Notes: a model not told the origin generated them from the letters alone. A stretch of 64,000 bases of DNA from an uncultured Saprospiraceae bacterium (GCA_964436125.1 CAYTBT010000003.1:68878-132877), one strand, 5' to 3'. Counted from the first letter of the stretch, positions 30,800 through 41,937 are shown. Translations and numbers: made by a program.

Positions 30800-32077
30800 T
30801 TATGCATCAGAGCTTTCTTTATACTCTGAATATTCCTTTTCGATATATCGGTGTACAGCCTTAATATCATCAAATTCATGAAAAAGATCTGCAAATCTAC
30901 TCTTGCTCATAAGCTTGGGGGACACATAATCATTCACATTACTTGCAGTCACTTTCTTATCACTTAAAATGATTAATCGCTCCACGACATTACGCAATTC
31001 ACGTACATTCCCCGACCATGGCATTTCTTGCAGAATCTTCACAGCCTTCTTCTCAAACCTTTTCACCGAAACACCTTGTTCTTTACATATTTTTTTACTG
31101 AAATGTTCAATCAACAAGGGAATATCCTCTTTACGCTCCTCCAGCCTCGGAACATTTAAAAGAATTACTGCCAAGCGAAAATACAAGTCTTCCCTGAAAT
31201 TCCCCTTCTTAATTTCTTGCTCAAGATTTTTATTTGTAGCAGCTATGACACGGACATCCACCTTGATGTCTTTATCTCCACCGACGCGTGAAATCCTATT
31301 TTCTTGTAGTGCACGGAGCACCTTCGCTTGTGCCGATAAGCTCATATCCCCTATTTCATCGAGAAATATCGTTCCTTCATTGGCTAGCTCAAATTTTCCT
31401 ATGCGTTGTTTCACCGCGCTGGTGAAAGAACCTTTCTCATGCCCAAACAATTCGCTCTCTATAAGTTCAGATGGTATCGCTGCACAATTCACCTCAACCC
31501 ATGGCTTGTCTGACCTCGATGAATAGGCGTGAATCCACTTAGCAACAACTTCTTTACCTGTACCATTCTCCCCTGTGATTAAAACACGGGCATCTGTCGG
31601 CGCAATCCGTTGGATTGTTTCTTTAATCTCTTCAATCTCCGCCGATTCCCCGATTAAATCATCAACCTTGGTATTCTTACTCTTCTTCTTTAATGTCTTC
31701 GTCTCAGTAATAAGACTTGACTTGTCTAGGGCATTTTTAATGGTAATTAATATCCGATTAAGATCAGGTGGCTTACTGACAAAGTCAAAGGCTCCCTTCT
31801 TCACCGCTTCTACCGCCGTATCAATATTCCCGTGCCCGCTTATCATAATTACCGGAATGTCCGGATTAATATCTTGTATGCGTTCCAGTGTCTCTATGCC
31901 ATTCATCTTCGGCATTTTTATGTCGAGAATCACAACATCATATTTATTCTTCTTTATCTTGGCAAGCGCTTCTAGACCATCCGACGCACTCTCGACCTCA
32001 TATTTCTGAAACTCGAGGATTTCTGTCAATGTCTTTCTTATGCTAGCCTCATCATCAACTATTAAAACCTTAGTCAT
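30800..32077 (-). CDS. Sigma-54-dependent response regulator (REC + AAA+), apparently lacking a C-terminal Fis-type HTH
   Basis: REC domain (VLIVDDE...DVVILDIKMP), Walker A GENGTGKE, a GAFTGA-position loop reading GSFTSA, and the R-finger region VRELRN. Only about 45 non-HTH-like residues follow the AAA+ module. Confidence 0.85.
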   Translation of the reverse strand: MTKVLIVDDEASIRKTLTEILEFQKYEVESASDGLEALAKIKKNKYDVVILDIKMPKMNGIETLERIQDINPDIPVIMISGHGNIDTAVEAVKKGAFDFVSKPPDLNRILITIKNALDKSSLITETKTLKKKSKNTKVDDLIGESAEIEEIKETIQRIAPTDARVLITGENGTGKEVVAKWIHAYSSRSDKPWVEVNCAAIPSELIESELFGHEKGSFTSAVKQRIGKFELANEGTIFLDEIGDMSLSAQAKVLRALQENRISRVGGDKDIKVDVRVIAATNKNLEQEIKKGNFREDLYFRLAVILLNVPRLEERKEDIPLLIEHFSKKICKEQGVSVKRFEKKAVKILQEMPWSGNVRELRNVVERLIILSDKKVTASNVNDYVSPKLMSKSRFADLFHEFDDIKAVHRYIEKEYSEYKESSDA

Positions 32078-32609
32078 ACTTAATTCTTCTTATTTCTATG
32101 TAAACGTCTGCTTTTCTTCTACAATTATATAACATATTTTTGTAATATGAAACTTTTTAGAAAAATATTTATGCTTTTTGATGTGTTTTTCATGCTTTCG
32201 CAAAAATCTCTACTCTGCTTTTCTACAATGATAGCACAAGAGATACTCCCGGGAATCGACCGGATTTACAATTAATTCACCTTATTTCTGGATATAACAC
32301 TCTAGAGAAGATATAAAACCTGCGTGAATCCTCATGAATCTAGCACAGTGCGATATAAACTTGCACAGCCAAAATATGACAGAGAGAAAATCTATTAAAT
32401 AGCTCTGCTATCTGGGTTATGTATAAATAGGAAAGGCATAAGGATTATTTGATTGAAAGAACATGTAACTGAAAACCCATAAAAAGATTATAAACAATCT
32501 GCACAAATATTCACTTCAGAAACAACATTGTTCATATCACCAATAAACGATGCAACCTCTCTTCCTAAGAGGAGCTTTCCATAACATAAAGACCACACCG
32601 ATGAGAGTG

Positions 32610-33317
32610 CTACAGTTGTTGATTTATAAGATCTTTGAACCTATCCCATGGCGAAACATTATACGGCTCGCTGTGTAAGCGTAAGGGTTCATCTGTCGTA
32701 GGATGTTTCACAACAAGGGAATAACAATGTAGCGCTATACTTGCATTGGGAAGATTTTCCTTTGATTTATATTTTCTATCGCCGACGATGGGAAAACCTG
32801 CCTTGGCGAGTTGAGCTCTTATCTGATGTGGCCGTCCGGTCTCTAGTGTAATATCGAGCAAGAACATATCGCCCAGTTGACCTATCATCGTATAATCCAG
32901 AACAGCTTTTTTGCTACCGGAATATTGCTGTGTCGATGCCTTTACAATATTCTTTTTTCTATTCTTCTTCAGATAATGCACAAGTTTATCATTAAATCGC
33001 GGCACAGCACCTTGCACGAGAGCGATATATTTCTTTTCCGTTCGCCTTTCGGCAAATTCTCGATTGAGTCTCTTCAATGCTTTGGAAGTTCTAGCGTAAA
33101 CCATTACTCCGGAAGTCGGTCTATCCAGTCGATGCACACAGCCCATAAATACCTTTCCCGGTTTATTATATTTCTCCTTTATATAAGCCTTGGTCCAGTC
33201 TATAACGCTATCATCTCCTGTTCTATCTCTTTGGGATAACCAGCCGGATGGTTTTACAATTCCGAGGACGTGATTATCTTCATAAATCACCTTTATCTGC
33301 TGTCTTGAGTTCTTCAT
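32610..33317 (-). CDS. RluA family pseudouridine synthase
   Basis: Catalytic motif HRLDRPTSG, plus GRPHQIR. Confidence 0.85.
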   Translation of the reverse strand: MKNSRQQIKVIYEDNHVLGIVKPSGWLSQRDRTGDDSVIDWTKAYIKEKYNKPGKVFMGCVHRLDRPTSGVMVYARTSKALKRLNREFAERRTEKKYIALVQGAVPRFNDKLVHYLKKNRKKNIVKASTQQYSGSKKAVLDYTMIGQLGDMFLLDITLETGRPHQIRAQLAKAGFPIVGDRKYKSKENLPNASIALHCYSLVVKHPTTDEPLRLHSEPYNVSPWDRFKDLINQQL

Positions 33318-33325
33318 AGAGTTAT

Positions 33326-35251
33326 TTAATTTTCAATGTTTTCTAGTTCTTCCACATATCTTTCCCATTCCTCAGTTGCTTTGGCAATATCCGCCTTCAA
33401 TTTACCGTGTTTCTGTGCAAGTTTATCGGCATCATCACGCTTGAAGAAATCAGGATCACCCATTTCGATTTCAAGCTGTCCGACTTCCGTTTCATAATTA
33501 TCGATGCGCTTTTCCACCTTATTGATTTTACGCTGTACATCTTTTCTTTTATGATAGAGCTCTTTACTGGATAATCTGGGAGATTGAGGTGATTTAACGG
33601 CATTTGCGGAAGCTGAAGAAAATTCAATATCCCGCATATTCTCAGTCTTTCTCTTTTTCATAAAATCACTGAAGCTACCTATATGGTTCAGTAATTTATG
33701 ATTGCGGAATTCCACGGTTCTATCCACAAGTCCATCAAGGAACTCCCTGTCGTGAGACAAGACGAGCAAGGTACCATCGTAGGAATCGAGTGCTTCTTTC
33801 AGAATTTCTTTGGATTGGACATCGAGGTGATTGGTCGGCTCATCGAGAAGGAGGAAATTATAGGGGAACATAAGTAGTTCAGCAATTGCAAGCCTGGCTT
33901 TTTCTCCACCTGAAAGCACAGATACTTTCTTATCGACTTCTTCACCTGAGAATAGAAGAGTGCCCAGGAGACTACGCAACTTGGGATACCATTCACGAGG
34001 TGCGATATTTTCGATGGTTTCCAGGACTGTATGGTCGGGATTGAAATGGGCAGATTGATCTTGAGCATAATAACCGACAGAGACATTATGGCCGAGCTGG
34101 ACCGAGCCATTATCTGCTTGCAATTGACCGAGAATAAGCTTGGCTAGCGTTGTTTTCCCTTGACCGTTCTGCCCTACAAATGCAATTTTCTCGCCTCTTT
34201 CAATACGTAAATCGACATTCTGTAACACGTGATTATCACCATAACTCTTGGAGAGTGCTTTCACTTCCGCTACGATTCTTCCGGTCCGCGGAGCATCCTG
34301 AAAGCGGAGTTTCATAGATGAAGAATCCTCCTCATCCAGCTCAATCCGATCTATTTTGTCAAGTTGTTTAATCAGGGATTGCGCCATGCTTGCTTTAGTG
34401 GCCTTGGCACGGAATCTATCGATTAGCTTTTCCTTGTGCTCAATCTTTTTCTGCTGATTCTTATAAGCAGCGAGGAGCTGTGCCCTTCGTTCTGCACGTT
34501 GTATCTTATACTGCGTATAAGATACCGGATAATCATATAATTTTCCGTTTTCAACCTCCAGGGTGCGTGAAGTAACATTATCGAGAAACTGCACATCGTG
34601 TGAAATAAGGATAAGCATAGCCGAAGATTGTTTTAACCAGTCTTCCAGCCAAAGGATTGAGTTTAAGTCGAGATGATTGGTCGGCTCATCAAGCAAGAGC
34701 AAGTCGGGCTCGCGGAGAAGAATCTTGGCAAGGAGAATACGCATCTTCCAGCCACCGGAAAACGTCGATACCTTATGTTCCATTGTTTCATCGGTAAACC
34801 CGAGCCCTTTGAGAATCTTCTCTATATTACTCTCTGCCTTGTGTCCACCTCGCATGGCGTATTGATTACTCAATTCATCTAGTTTATGCACAATTTCCAT
34901 ATATGCTGCGGAGGTATAATCGGTCCGCTCTGCAAGCTGGGTCTGCAATTTGTTGAGCTGTTCTTCAATAGCATGGAGGGAAGAAAGCGCCTTCCCTGCT
35001 TCTTGTTTCACCGGAATGTCTTCCATTTCTTCAAGATGCTGGCTGAGGAAACCTATTTCATAGCCTTTGGGGAGTATGACATCTCCACCATCCGGTAAGA
35101 TGTCCCCATTTATCACCTTAAATAGACTCGTTTTTCCGGCTCCATTTTTTCCGGTTAATCCCACTTTCTCCCCTTTCCCGAGGCTGAAGTTTATCCCGTC
35201 AAGGATTGTCCGGTCCCCAAAATGTAACTCAATATCCTGCACTTGAATCAT
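33326..35251 (-). CDS. ABC-F family ATPase (two ABC cassettes, no TM domain)
   Basis: Walker A GKNGAGKTS and GQNGQGKTT, two LSGG signatures, and a C-terminal coiled-coil tail. Confidence 0.9.
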   Translation of the reverse strand: MIQVQDIELHFGDRTILDGINFSLGKGEKVGLTGKNGAGKTSLFKVINGDILPDGGDVILPKGYEIGFLSQHLEEMEDIPVKQEAGKALSSLHAIEEQLNKLQTQLAERTDYTSAAYMEIVHKLDELSNQYAMRGGHKAESNIEKILKGLGFTDETMEHKVSTFSGGWKMRILLAKILLREPDLLLLDEPTNHLDLNSILWLEDWLKQSSAMLILISHDVQFLDNVTSRTLEVENGKLYDYPVSYTQYKIQRAERRAQLLAAYKNQQKKIEHKEKLIDRFRAKATKASMAQSLIKQLDKIDRIELDEEDSSSMKLRFQDAPRTGRIVAEVKALSKSYGDNHVLQNVDLRIERGEKIAFVGQNGQGKTTLAKLILGQLQADNGSVQLGHNVSVGYYAQDQSAHFNPDHTVLETIENIAPREWYPKLRSLLGTLLFSGEEVDKKVSVLSGGEKARLAIAELLMFPYNFLLLDEPTNHLDVQSKEILKEALDSYDGTLLVLSHDREFLDGLVDRTVEFRNHKLLNHIGSFSDFMKKRKTENMRDIEFSSASANAVKSPQSPRLSSKELYHKRKDVQRKINKVEKRIDNYETEVGQLEIEMGDPDFFKRDDADKLAQKHGKLKADIAKATEEWERYVEELENIEN

Positions 35252-35918
35252 GTTGCTTTCTTTACGCTACTGTTCTGCAAGTAATTTACCCAATAATCGC
35301 GCAAAGATAAGGAATGCTTTATGAAATATAAATTCAACCCCGGCTCTGACTTTAAGCTCCACCAGAAATGGAACAAGTAAAATTTCTGCATAATCTGCTC
35401 TTCCTTATCTGTAATTGCCCCTTCCCAGTGTATAATAAACATCTGATGATCCTCGAATTTCATTAAATAATACAAAAATTCAAGCTTTAAATATATCCAA
35501 AACCAAAGCGACATACACCTCGCAATTTTATGCATCGTCTCTTTCGATTAAGACAAGCACAATACAAGACAATTTAGTCCTATTATTTTTGTAATCAGAA
35601 GCTCATATTCCTACTATAGCGCGAGTCTCAGGCTTTAATAAGTCATTAACAAAAAGCTCATAATACGGGTATGTATTCAAGCATGCTTCCTTACCTTTGC
35701 ACATAATTTTAATATCGGGAGATATATTGAATGGGGAATAAAACATCTCGGTCCAAAATATGTTATGAATTGAGTCCTTTAAAAGGTTGATATCAGGGCT
35801 TTAAAAGTACCGAGCAATAATCACCCGATTTTAAAGAAGTTAAAATCAGTCAATAATCGTGGCATACATGGACAAGAATGTGTGCAAGAACTCATTGAAA
35901 ACAAGATTAAATAGTCAC

Positions 35919-37070
35919 ATGAAAAGATATATTTACACGGCGGTAGTATTTTTAACTCTAGGGATACTTGCCGCATGCTCGAGTAAAAGTGACCAAAGCG
36001 CAAAGGCACAGGCAGGAAGCACGACAACACCAGAAGTCAAACAAGTGTTGTCGATTGAAGTACCAAGGCGCGACGTAACCACATTCAAGACATACCCTAC
36101 GGACATTCAAGGAATCATAAATAGCCAAGCGAGGCCAAAGATTGCCGGTTACATCACCGATGTACTCGTGGACGAAGGACAACGCGTAAGAAAAGGTCAA
36201 GTATTGTTCAGGCTAGAAACCTCAGCATTAACACAACAAGCTCAAGCAGCAAAGGCGAGTATCAATGTTGCTCAGGTTAAAGTCGATCAACTTAAACCTC
36301 TCGTAGCCCAAGGTATTGTCAGCGAAAATCAGCTTGCTACTGCCAAGGCCAATCTTCAACAGGCAAAGAGTAATTACCACAGTATTCAAGCAAATATTGC
36401 ATACGCAACTGTGCGTAGCCCTGTAAATGGTTATGTGGGTAAAATCAGAAAAAGAAAAGGTAATCTTGTGAGTCCCAATGATCCGCAGCCACTGACCACT
36501 GTAACCGATATCAGTGAAGTTTATGCCTATTTTTCTATGAATGAGAAAGATTACCTCAATTTCCTCCTCAATGCCGAAGGTGAAACACGACAGGAAAAGA
36601 TAAAAAATATGCCTAAAGTTACCTTAATCCTTGCCAATCGACAGGAATACGAGCATAAGGGAACAATCCAGACCATAAATTCACAGATTGATCCACAGAC
36701 AGGAACGATTACTTTCAGGGCAATCTTTGACAATCCGGAACTCCTTCTTACCAATGGAAGTACCGGACAGATTAAGATTCCGAAGGTGCATAAAGATGTT
36801 CTCGTCGTTCCACAGAAATCTACCTATGAATTGCAAGACCATACATTTGTCGTGAAGGTTGAAAAATCAGATACTGCAACAATTGCCGTAACCAAAACTA
36901 TTCAAATTCTCGGCGAGAAGGGCAATTTATTTATTGTCGGCGATGGAATAAAGGAAGGTGATGAAATCGTCGCTGAAGGTGTAGGCACTGTACGTTCAGG
37001 CACGCTGATTAAGCCGGTTTTACAACCTTTTGACAGTATTGCCAAGCCACTGCCACAAGTATTCAAATAA
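35919..37070 (+). CDS. RND efflux periplasmic adaptor (MFP) subunit
   Basis: Lipoprotein signal (LAAC|S), a coiled-coil hairpin and a barrel-sandwich pattern. It lies upstream of the RND pump. The start is taken at ATG 35919. Confidence 0.85.
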   Translation: MKRYIYTAVVFLTLGILAACSSKSDQSAKAQAGSTTTPEVKQVLSIEVPRRDVTTFKTYPTDIQGIINSQARPKIAGYITDVLVDEGQRVRKGQVLFRLETSALTQQAQAAKASINVAQVKVDQLKPLVAQGIVSENQLATAKANLQQAKSNYHSIQANIAYATVRSPVNGYVGKIRKRKGNLVSPNDPQPLTTVTDISEVYAYFSMNEKDYLNFLLNAEGETRQEKIKNMPKVTLILANRQEYEHKGTIQTINSQIDPQTGTITFRAIFDNPELLLTNGSTGQIKIPKVHKDVLVVPQKSTYELQDHTFVVKVEKSDTATIAVTKTIQILGEKGNLFIVGDGIKEGDEIVAEGVGTVRSGTLIKPVLQPFDSIAKPLPQVFK

Positions 37071-37092
37071 TTTATCATCGAAGGAAAAAGAA

Positions 37093-40000
37093 ATGCTTAA
37101 AACATTTATAGAAAGGCCGGTATTATCCACCGTTATTTCCATCATCATTGTCATCTTGGGAATACTAGGCTTACTCAGCTTGCCCGTCTCTCAATATCCC
37201 GACATTGCTCCGCCTACAATTCAGGTAAGCACCGTTTATCCGGGGGCCAATGCCGAAACGGTCATGAAAAGTGTCATTATCCCTATTGAAGAACAGATTA
37301 ATGGGGTTGAAGGAATGACCTATATGACCTCAACAGCAACCAATAGTGGTCGCGCATCAATTTCGGTGTACTTTGAGCAGAGTTATGACCCGGACATGGC
37401 AGCGGTCTTTGTCCAGAATCGCGTAGCACTTGCAACTCCGAAGCTTCCACAAGAAGTAAAACAGATAGGTGTCACGACAAAGAAAAGACAGTCCGGAGCA
37501 TTAATGTATGTCGATTTCTATAGCACCAATCCCGACTTCGGCGATCAATTTATCGCCAATTATCTCAACATAAATGTCGTTCCGGAGATGCAGCGTGTCA
37601 ATGGTGTAGGTGACGTAAGGGTTTTCAGCTCTCGTACATACGCTATGCGGATATGGCTTAAGCCGGACAAACTCGCTGCATACGGTCTTGTACCGACCGA
37701 TGTGGCTGCCGCAATTAATGAGCAGAGCCAGGAAGCAGCGGCCGGTACTCTCGGAGAAAATCACGGCGAAAGCTTTACTTATACCATTATCTATTCGGGA
37801 CGACTAGAAACAACTGAGCAATACAAGAATATTATTCTTAAAGCTCTCGGGAATGGAAAATATCTCCGCTTGAAAGATGTAGCTGATATAGAACTCGGAG
37901 TACAGAACTACGGAGTCACATCAACCACCAAAGGCCACCCGAGTATATCCATGGCGGTTTATCAGACCAAGGGATCCAATGCGCGAGAAATTATTAACAA
38001 TATCAAACTACGTCTGGATGATGTGAAGGAAAATTTACCGGATGGTATAGAAATTTTCATCCCTTATGACTCCAATAAATTTTTAAATGCATCAATTGAC
38101 AAGGTGATACGCACACTCATCGAGGCATTTATCCTTGTCTTTATTGTGGTTTTTATCTTCTTGCAAGATTTAAGGTCAACTTTAATACCAGCGATTGCAG
38201 TGCCGGTTTCTATTATAGGAACGTTCTTCTTCCTCAATGTGCTCGGTTATTCATTAAACCTCTTAACCCTCTTTGCCCTTCTGCTTGCCATAGGTATTGT
38301 TGTCGATGATGCCATAGTGGTTGTCGAAGCCGTGCATGCCAAGCTTGACGAGGGAGCCAAGCATATCCGACGTGCTACCAATACAGCAATGAACGAGATT
38401 GCAACGGCAATTATCTCAATTACACTTGTGATGGCTGCTGTTTTCTTACCGGTAACCTTCCTGAGTGGACCTACCGGAGTGTTCTTTGAACAATTTGGGA
38501 TTACATTGATGATTGCCATCCTTATTTCCGCCTTAAACGCCCTGACTTTAAGTCCAGCTCTCTGTGCAGTATTCTTAAAACCAAAATCAGAGGAAGAGAA
38601 AGAAAAAGGTTTCTTAAAACGGTTTCATGAGGGCTTTAACCGTGGCTTTAAAGCAACTGTAAATAAATATGCTGCCGCATTACATTTCCTTTATAAGCAC
38701 AAGTGGATAACCCCGGTTGTCATTATTCTAGCCGGAATAGGGATTTGGTGGTCGGCTAGTAATATTTCATCGGGATTCGTCCCCAAGGAAGATCGCGGAA
38801 TTGTCTTTGTCAACGTTGAATTGCCTGCCGGAGCTTCACTGGATAGAACTTATCAGGTCAATCAACTCATCAGAGAAAAGGTTACCCCTATTCCGGGCGT
38901 ACAAGACGTTTCACTTGTTGCCGGCTTCAGTATGCTCAATGGTCAAGGAAGTAATCACGGACTAGGATTTGTCATGCTAGAAGACTGGCAATACAGAAAA
39001 GATGCATCCAAATCACTTGAAGCGATAACCGGTAGATTATACGGTGCAGTGAGCTCTATACCCGGAGCAACTATACTCTTTTTTGCGCCTCCTAGCGTTC
39101 CCGGTTACGGGGCATCCGGTGGATTCTCTGTAAGTCTATTGGATAAAGCAGGAGGAACATTTGATGAATTAAGTGAACAGAGTAAGACCTTTATCCGTAA
39201 GCTCACTGAAAGACCGGAAATTCAATATGCTCAGACGGGATTCAACACCGATTATCCACAATATCAACTCGACATTAATGTTCCACTAGCCAAGGAAGCA
39301 GGAGTGAGTATTAATTCTATTTTCAGGGTTTTACAGGGCTACATTGGAGGGATTTATACCGGCGATTTTTCACGCTTCGGTAAACAGTATAGAATTTATC
39401 TGCAAGCCTTGCCGGAAGATCGCGCTGAAGTATCGGATCTCGACAATATGTATGTCCGTACCAATACCGGAGAGATGGCTCCTATTACACAATTTGTAAC
39501 CTTAACACGGACCTATGGACCACAATCCGTAACTAGATTCAACATGTACAACTCTACCTCTGTCACCGGAGCTCCGGCTGAAGGTTATACAACGGGGGAC
39601 GCTATCGCCGCTATTGAAGAAGTAATCGAAGAGATGCCACCAAACTTTGATGTGGGATACTCGGGATTGACACGTGAAGAGGTCAAAGCTTCAGGCCAGA
39701 CTTTCCTCATATTTCTACTTGTAGTTGTCTTTGTTTATTTCTTACTTGCAGCTCAATATGAAAGTTATCTACTCCCATTTTCGATATTATTGTCTGTACC
39801 ATTCGGGATTTTCGGTGCCTATTACATAACAATGCTGAGAGGGCTTGATGCCAATATTTACTTTGAGATATCGCTGATAATGTTAATCGGGCTCCTTGCC
39901 AAGAATGCGATACTTATTGTAGAATTTGCTATACAACGACGTAGAAATGGCGAAACAATATTTCAATCTGCCATTGATGGCGCCAAGGCTAGATTGCGCC

Positions 40001-40248
40001 CGATTCTCATGACATCATTTGCCTTTATTTTTGGCCTTATGCCTCTTGCTCTTGCATCCGGCGTAGGTGCTGTAGGAAATAGATCAATAGGAACTAGTGC
40101 AGTAGGTGGCATGTTTATCGGAACAATTACCGCTGTATTTGTCATTCCGATGCTCTATATATTCTTCCAGTGGTTACAGGAAAAAATATCGGGGCCACCT
40201 AAACCGCCGATACAAGTTGAAGGCACTATAAAAACTGAAGAAAATTAA
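37093..40248 (+). CDS. RND multidrug efflux permease (AcrB/HAE1 type)
   Basis: N-terminus MLKTFIERPVLSTVISIII and a length above 1050 aa with 12-TM topology. The start is taken at ATG 37093. Confidence 0.92.
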   Translation: MLKTFIERPVLSTVISIIIVILGILGLLSLPVSQYPDIAPPTIQVSTVYPGANAETVMKSVIIPIEEQINGVEGMTYMTSTATNSGRASISVYFEQSYDPDMAAVFVQNRVALATPKLPQEVKQIGVTTKKRQSGALMYVDFYSTNPDFGDQFIANYLNINVVPEMQRVNGVGDVRVFSSRTYAMRIWLKPDKLAAYGLVPTDVAAAINEQSQEAAAGTLGENHGESFTYTIIYSGRLETTEQYKNIILKALGNGKYLRLKDVADIELGVQNYGVTSTTKGHPSISMAVYQTKGSNAREIINNIKLRLDDVKENLPDGIEIFIPYDSNKFLNASIDKVIRTLIEAFILVFIVVFIFLQDLRSTLIPAIAVPVSIIGTFFFLNVLGYSLNLLTLFALLLAIGIVVDDAIVVVEAVHAKLDEGAKHIRRATNTAMNEIATAIISITLVMAAVFLPVTFLSGPTGVFFEQFGITLMIAILISALNALTLSPALCAVFLKPKSEEEKEKGFLKRFHEGFNRGFKATVNKYAAALHFLYKHKWITPVVIILAGIGIWWSASNISSGFVPKEDRGIVFVNVELPAGASLDRTYQVNQLIREKVTPIPGVQDVSLVAGFSMLNGQGSNHGLGFVMLEDWQYRKDASKSLEAITGRLYGAVSSIPGATILFFAPPSVPGYGASGGFSVSLLDKAGGTFDELSEQSKTFIRKLTERPEIQYAQTGFNTDYPQYQLDINVPLAKEAGVSINSIFRVLQGYIGGIYTGDFSRFGKQYRIYLQALPEDRAEVSDLDNMYVRTNTGEMAPITQFVTLTRTYGPQSVTRFNMYNSTSVTGAPAEGYTTGDAIAAIEEVIEEMPPNFDVGYSGLTREEVKASGQTFLIFLLVVVFVYFLLAAQYESYLLPFSILLSVPFGIFGAYYITMLRGLDANIYFEISLIMLIGLLAKNAILIVEFAIQRRRNGETIFQSAIDGAKARLRPILMTSFAFIFGLMPLALASGVGAVGNRSIGTSAVGGMFIGTITAVFVIPMLYIFFQWLQEKISGPPKPPIQVEGTIKTEEN

Positions 40249-40251
40249 GCT

Positions 40252-41685
40252 ATGCGTAGTATTTTTAGATATTTATGGATTCCGGTAGTATTATTTCTCT
40301 TGCATTCCTGCTCGGTAACACAAGAATACCAGTCGCCGGAGTTAATCCAGCAAGATTATTTCCGTACAGATAGCCTCGCAAAAGATAGCTTATCCGGAGA
40401 TAGCTTAACGATAGCTGATATTTCCTGGACGGAAATGTTCACTGATTCATTACTTCAGGAATATATCAATAAAGCATTGGTAAATAATATTGATATCCGT
40501 GTAGCAATGGAACAGATTAAAGCAGCTGAAGCCTATCTCAGGCAGAGTAAATATGCTTATCACCCTTCAGTATCTGCAGGACTTAACTATACTGGAAGCA
40601 TTCTTTCAAAAAATGGCTCTCAGGGATCAATAGTCCAGGCTACAGGAAATCGATTTTTTGATAATTTTGACCTTTCGGCAAATCTCTCCTGGGAAGCAGA
40701 CATCTGGGGGAAGATAAGAAGCCAGGTTGAAGCAACTGAGGCTTCATATCTGCAGTCTGTCGCAGCACATAAGGCCATAAAAACCAATCTTATCGCTGCT
40801 ATCGCTACCACATACTACCAGCTTCTCGCGATTGATGAGCAGATAGAGGTAACTCAGAGAACAATAGAAACCAGGAAACGAAGTCTTGAAACTACCGAGG
40901 CTTTAAAAGAAGCTGGCGTAGGTTTTATTACCTCCGTAGCGGTAGAACAGACGAGAGCTCAATATCTTGCTGCCCAGTCAATAATTATTGATTTGCGGAA
41001 GCAAGAACGCCTTCTTGAAAATACTCTATGCCTCCTTATGGGAGATCCGCCTAATGCTATTCAACGTACTGATCTCGATGCGCAGAACATCACTACGGAT
41101 TTAAAAATAGGTGTACCTGTTCAATTATTGCGCAATAGGCCGGATGTCATGGCAGCTGAGCAAAATTATCGATATGCATTTGAGATGAGGAATGTTGCTT
41201 ATACGCATTTCTACCCGTCCTTGACAATCGGTGCTAGTGCAGGTTTACAATCTCTACAATTATCTAACTGGCTCAGCTTGAACTCGCTATTTGCCAATGT
41301 TCTCGGTGGCCTAACCGCACCTTTATTTAACCGTTATATGCTCAAGACACAATATGCTGTTGCGCGGATTCAACAAGAACAGGCTAGATTGCATTTCAAA
41401 GGAACTCTTCTACGAGCTAGCAAAGAGGTCTCTGATGCTTTATACGCATATAGTTCTGCAAGCGATAAATTGATTTTAAAAAGACAGGAACATCTTTTGC
41501 TTGAGCAAGCTATTGAAGATTCTCAAGCGCTTCTGGAAAGTGGATTTAACAACTTCAGTTACCTCGAAGTATTGCGCGCACAACAGAGTGCATTGGGGGC
41601 GAGTCTCGATGTTATTAATGCAAGGCTTGCACAATTGCGCAGTATTGTGTCACTTTATGAAGCACTAGGCGGAGGTTGGAAATAA
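40252..41685 (+). CDS. Efflux outer-membrane factor (NodT/TolC family lipoprotein)
   Basis: Lipoprotein signal (LLHSC|S), repeated coiled-coil/barrel halves and the C-terminal LYEALGGGW motif. Confidence 0.88.
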   Translation: MRSIFRYLWIPVVLFLLHSCSVTQEYQSPELIQQDYFRTDSLAKDSLSGDSLTIADISWTEMFTDSLLQEYINKALVNNIDIRVAMEQIKAAEAYLRQSKYAYHPSVSAGLNYTGSILSKNGSQGSIVQATGNRFFDNFDLSANLSWEADIWGKIRSQVEATEASYLQSVAAHKAIKTNLIAAIATTYYQLLAIDEQIEVTQRTIETRKRSLETTEALKEAGVGFITSVAVEQTRAQYLAAQSIIIDLRKQERLLENTLCLLMGDPPNAIQRTDLDAQNITTDLKIGVPVQLLRNRPDVMAAEQNYRYAFEMRNVAYTHFYPSLTIGASAGLQSLQLSNWLSLNSLFANVLGGLTAPLFNRYMLKTQYAVARIQQEQARLHFKGTLLRASKEVSDALYAYSSASDKLILKRQEHLLLEQAIEDSQALLESGFNNFSYLEVLRAQQSALGASLDVINARLAQLRSIVSLYEALGGGWK

Positions 41686-41920
41686 ATAGTCCTGTGAAAC
41701 GCGGTATATTTTAATATTTTCATGGTCTTATTTGTGGAAACACAGTGTATCTATGTCTGTAAATATAATTGCTTCACTCTCCTTTTGCTTCTAGGAGAAA
41801 TCCTATCTCGGAATTTATGCATCAGGGCAATACGTAGAAAGCCTGGCTATGATCTATGCTCCACACTTTAGGTGAAGACCTTTTGTGTCTAATAGTTTTC
41901 ACAAAATATTTAAGCAAAAT

Positions 41921-41928
41921 TACTTTTG
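41921..41928 (+). promoter_or_regulatory. Bacteroidota-type -7 promoter box TACTTTTG (TAnnTTTG)
   Basis: Exact match to TAnnTTTG about 10 nt upstream of the first paired base of the 41938..42114 hairpin. Confidence 0.4.
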
Positions 41929-41937
41929 TAAGAATAA

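Noticed and set aside
35248-35535. 95-aa minus-strand ORF whose TGA overlaps the ABC-F ATG (ATGA)
   Set aside because: The composition is Trp/Phe/Tyr-rich and atypical, with no recognisable family, and the ORF occupies the expected promoter region of the ABC-F gene. I kept it out of the gene list, although a small upstream ORF cannot be excluded.
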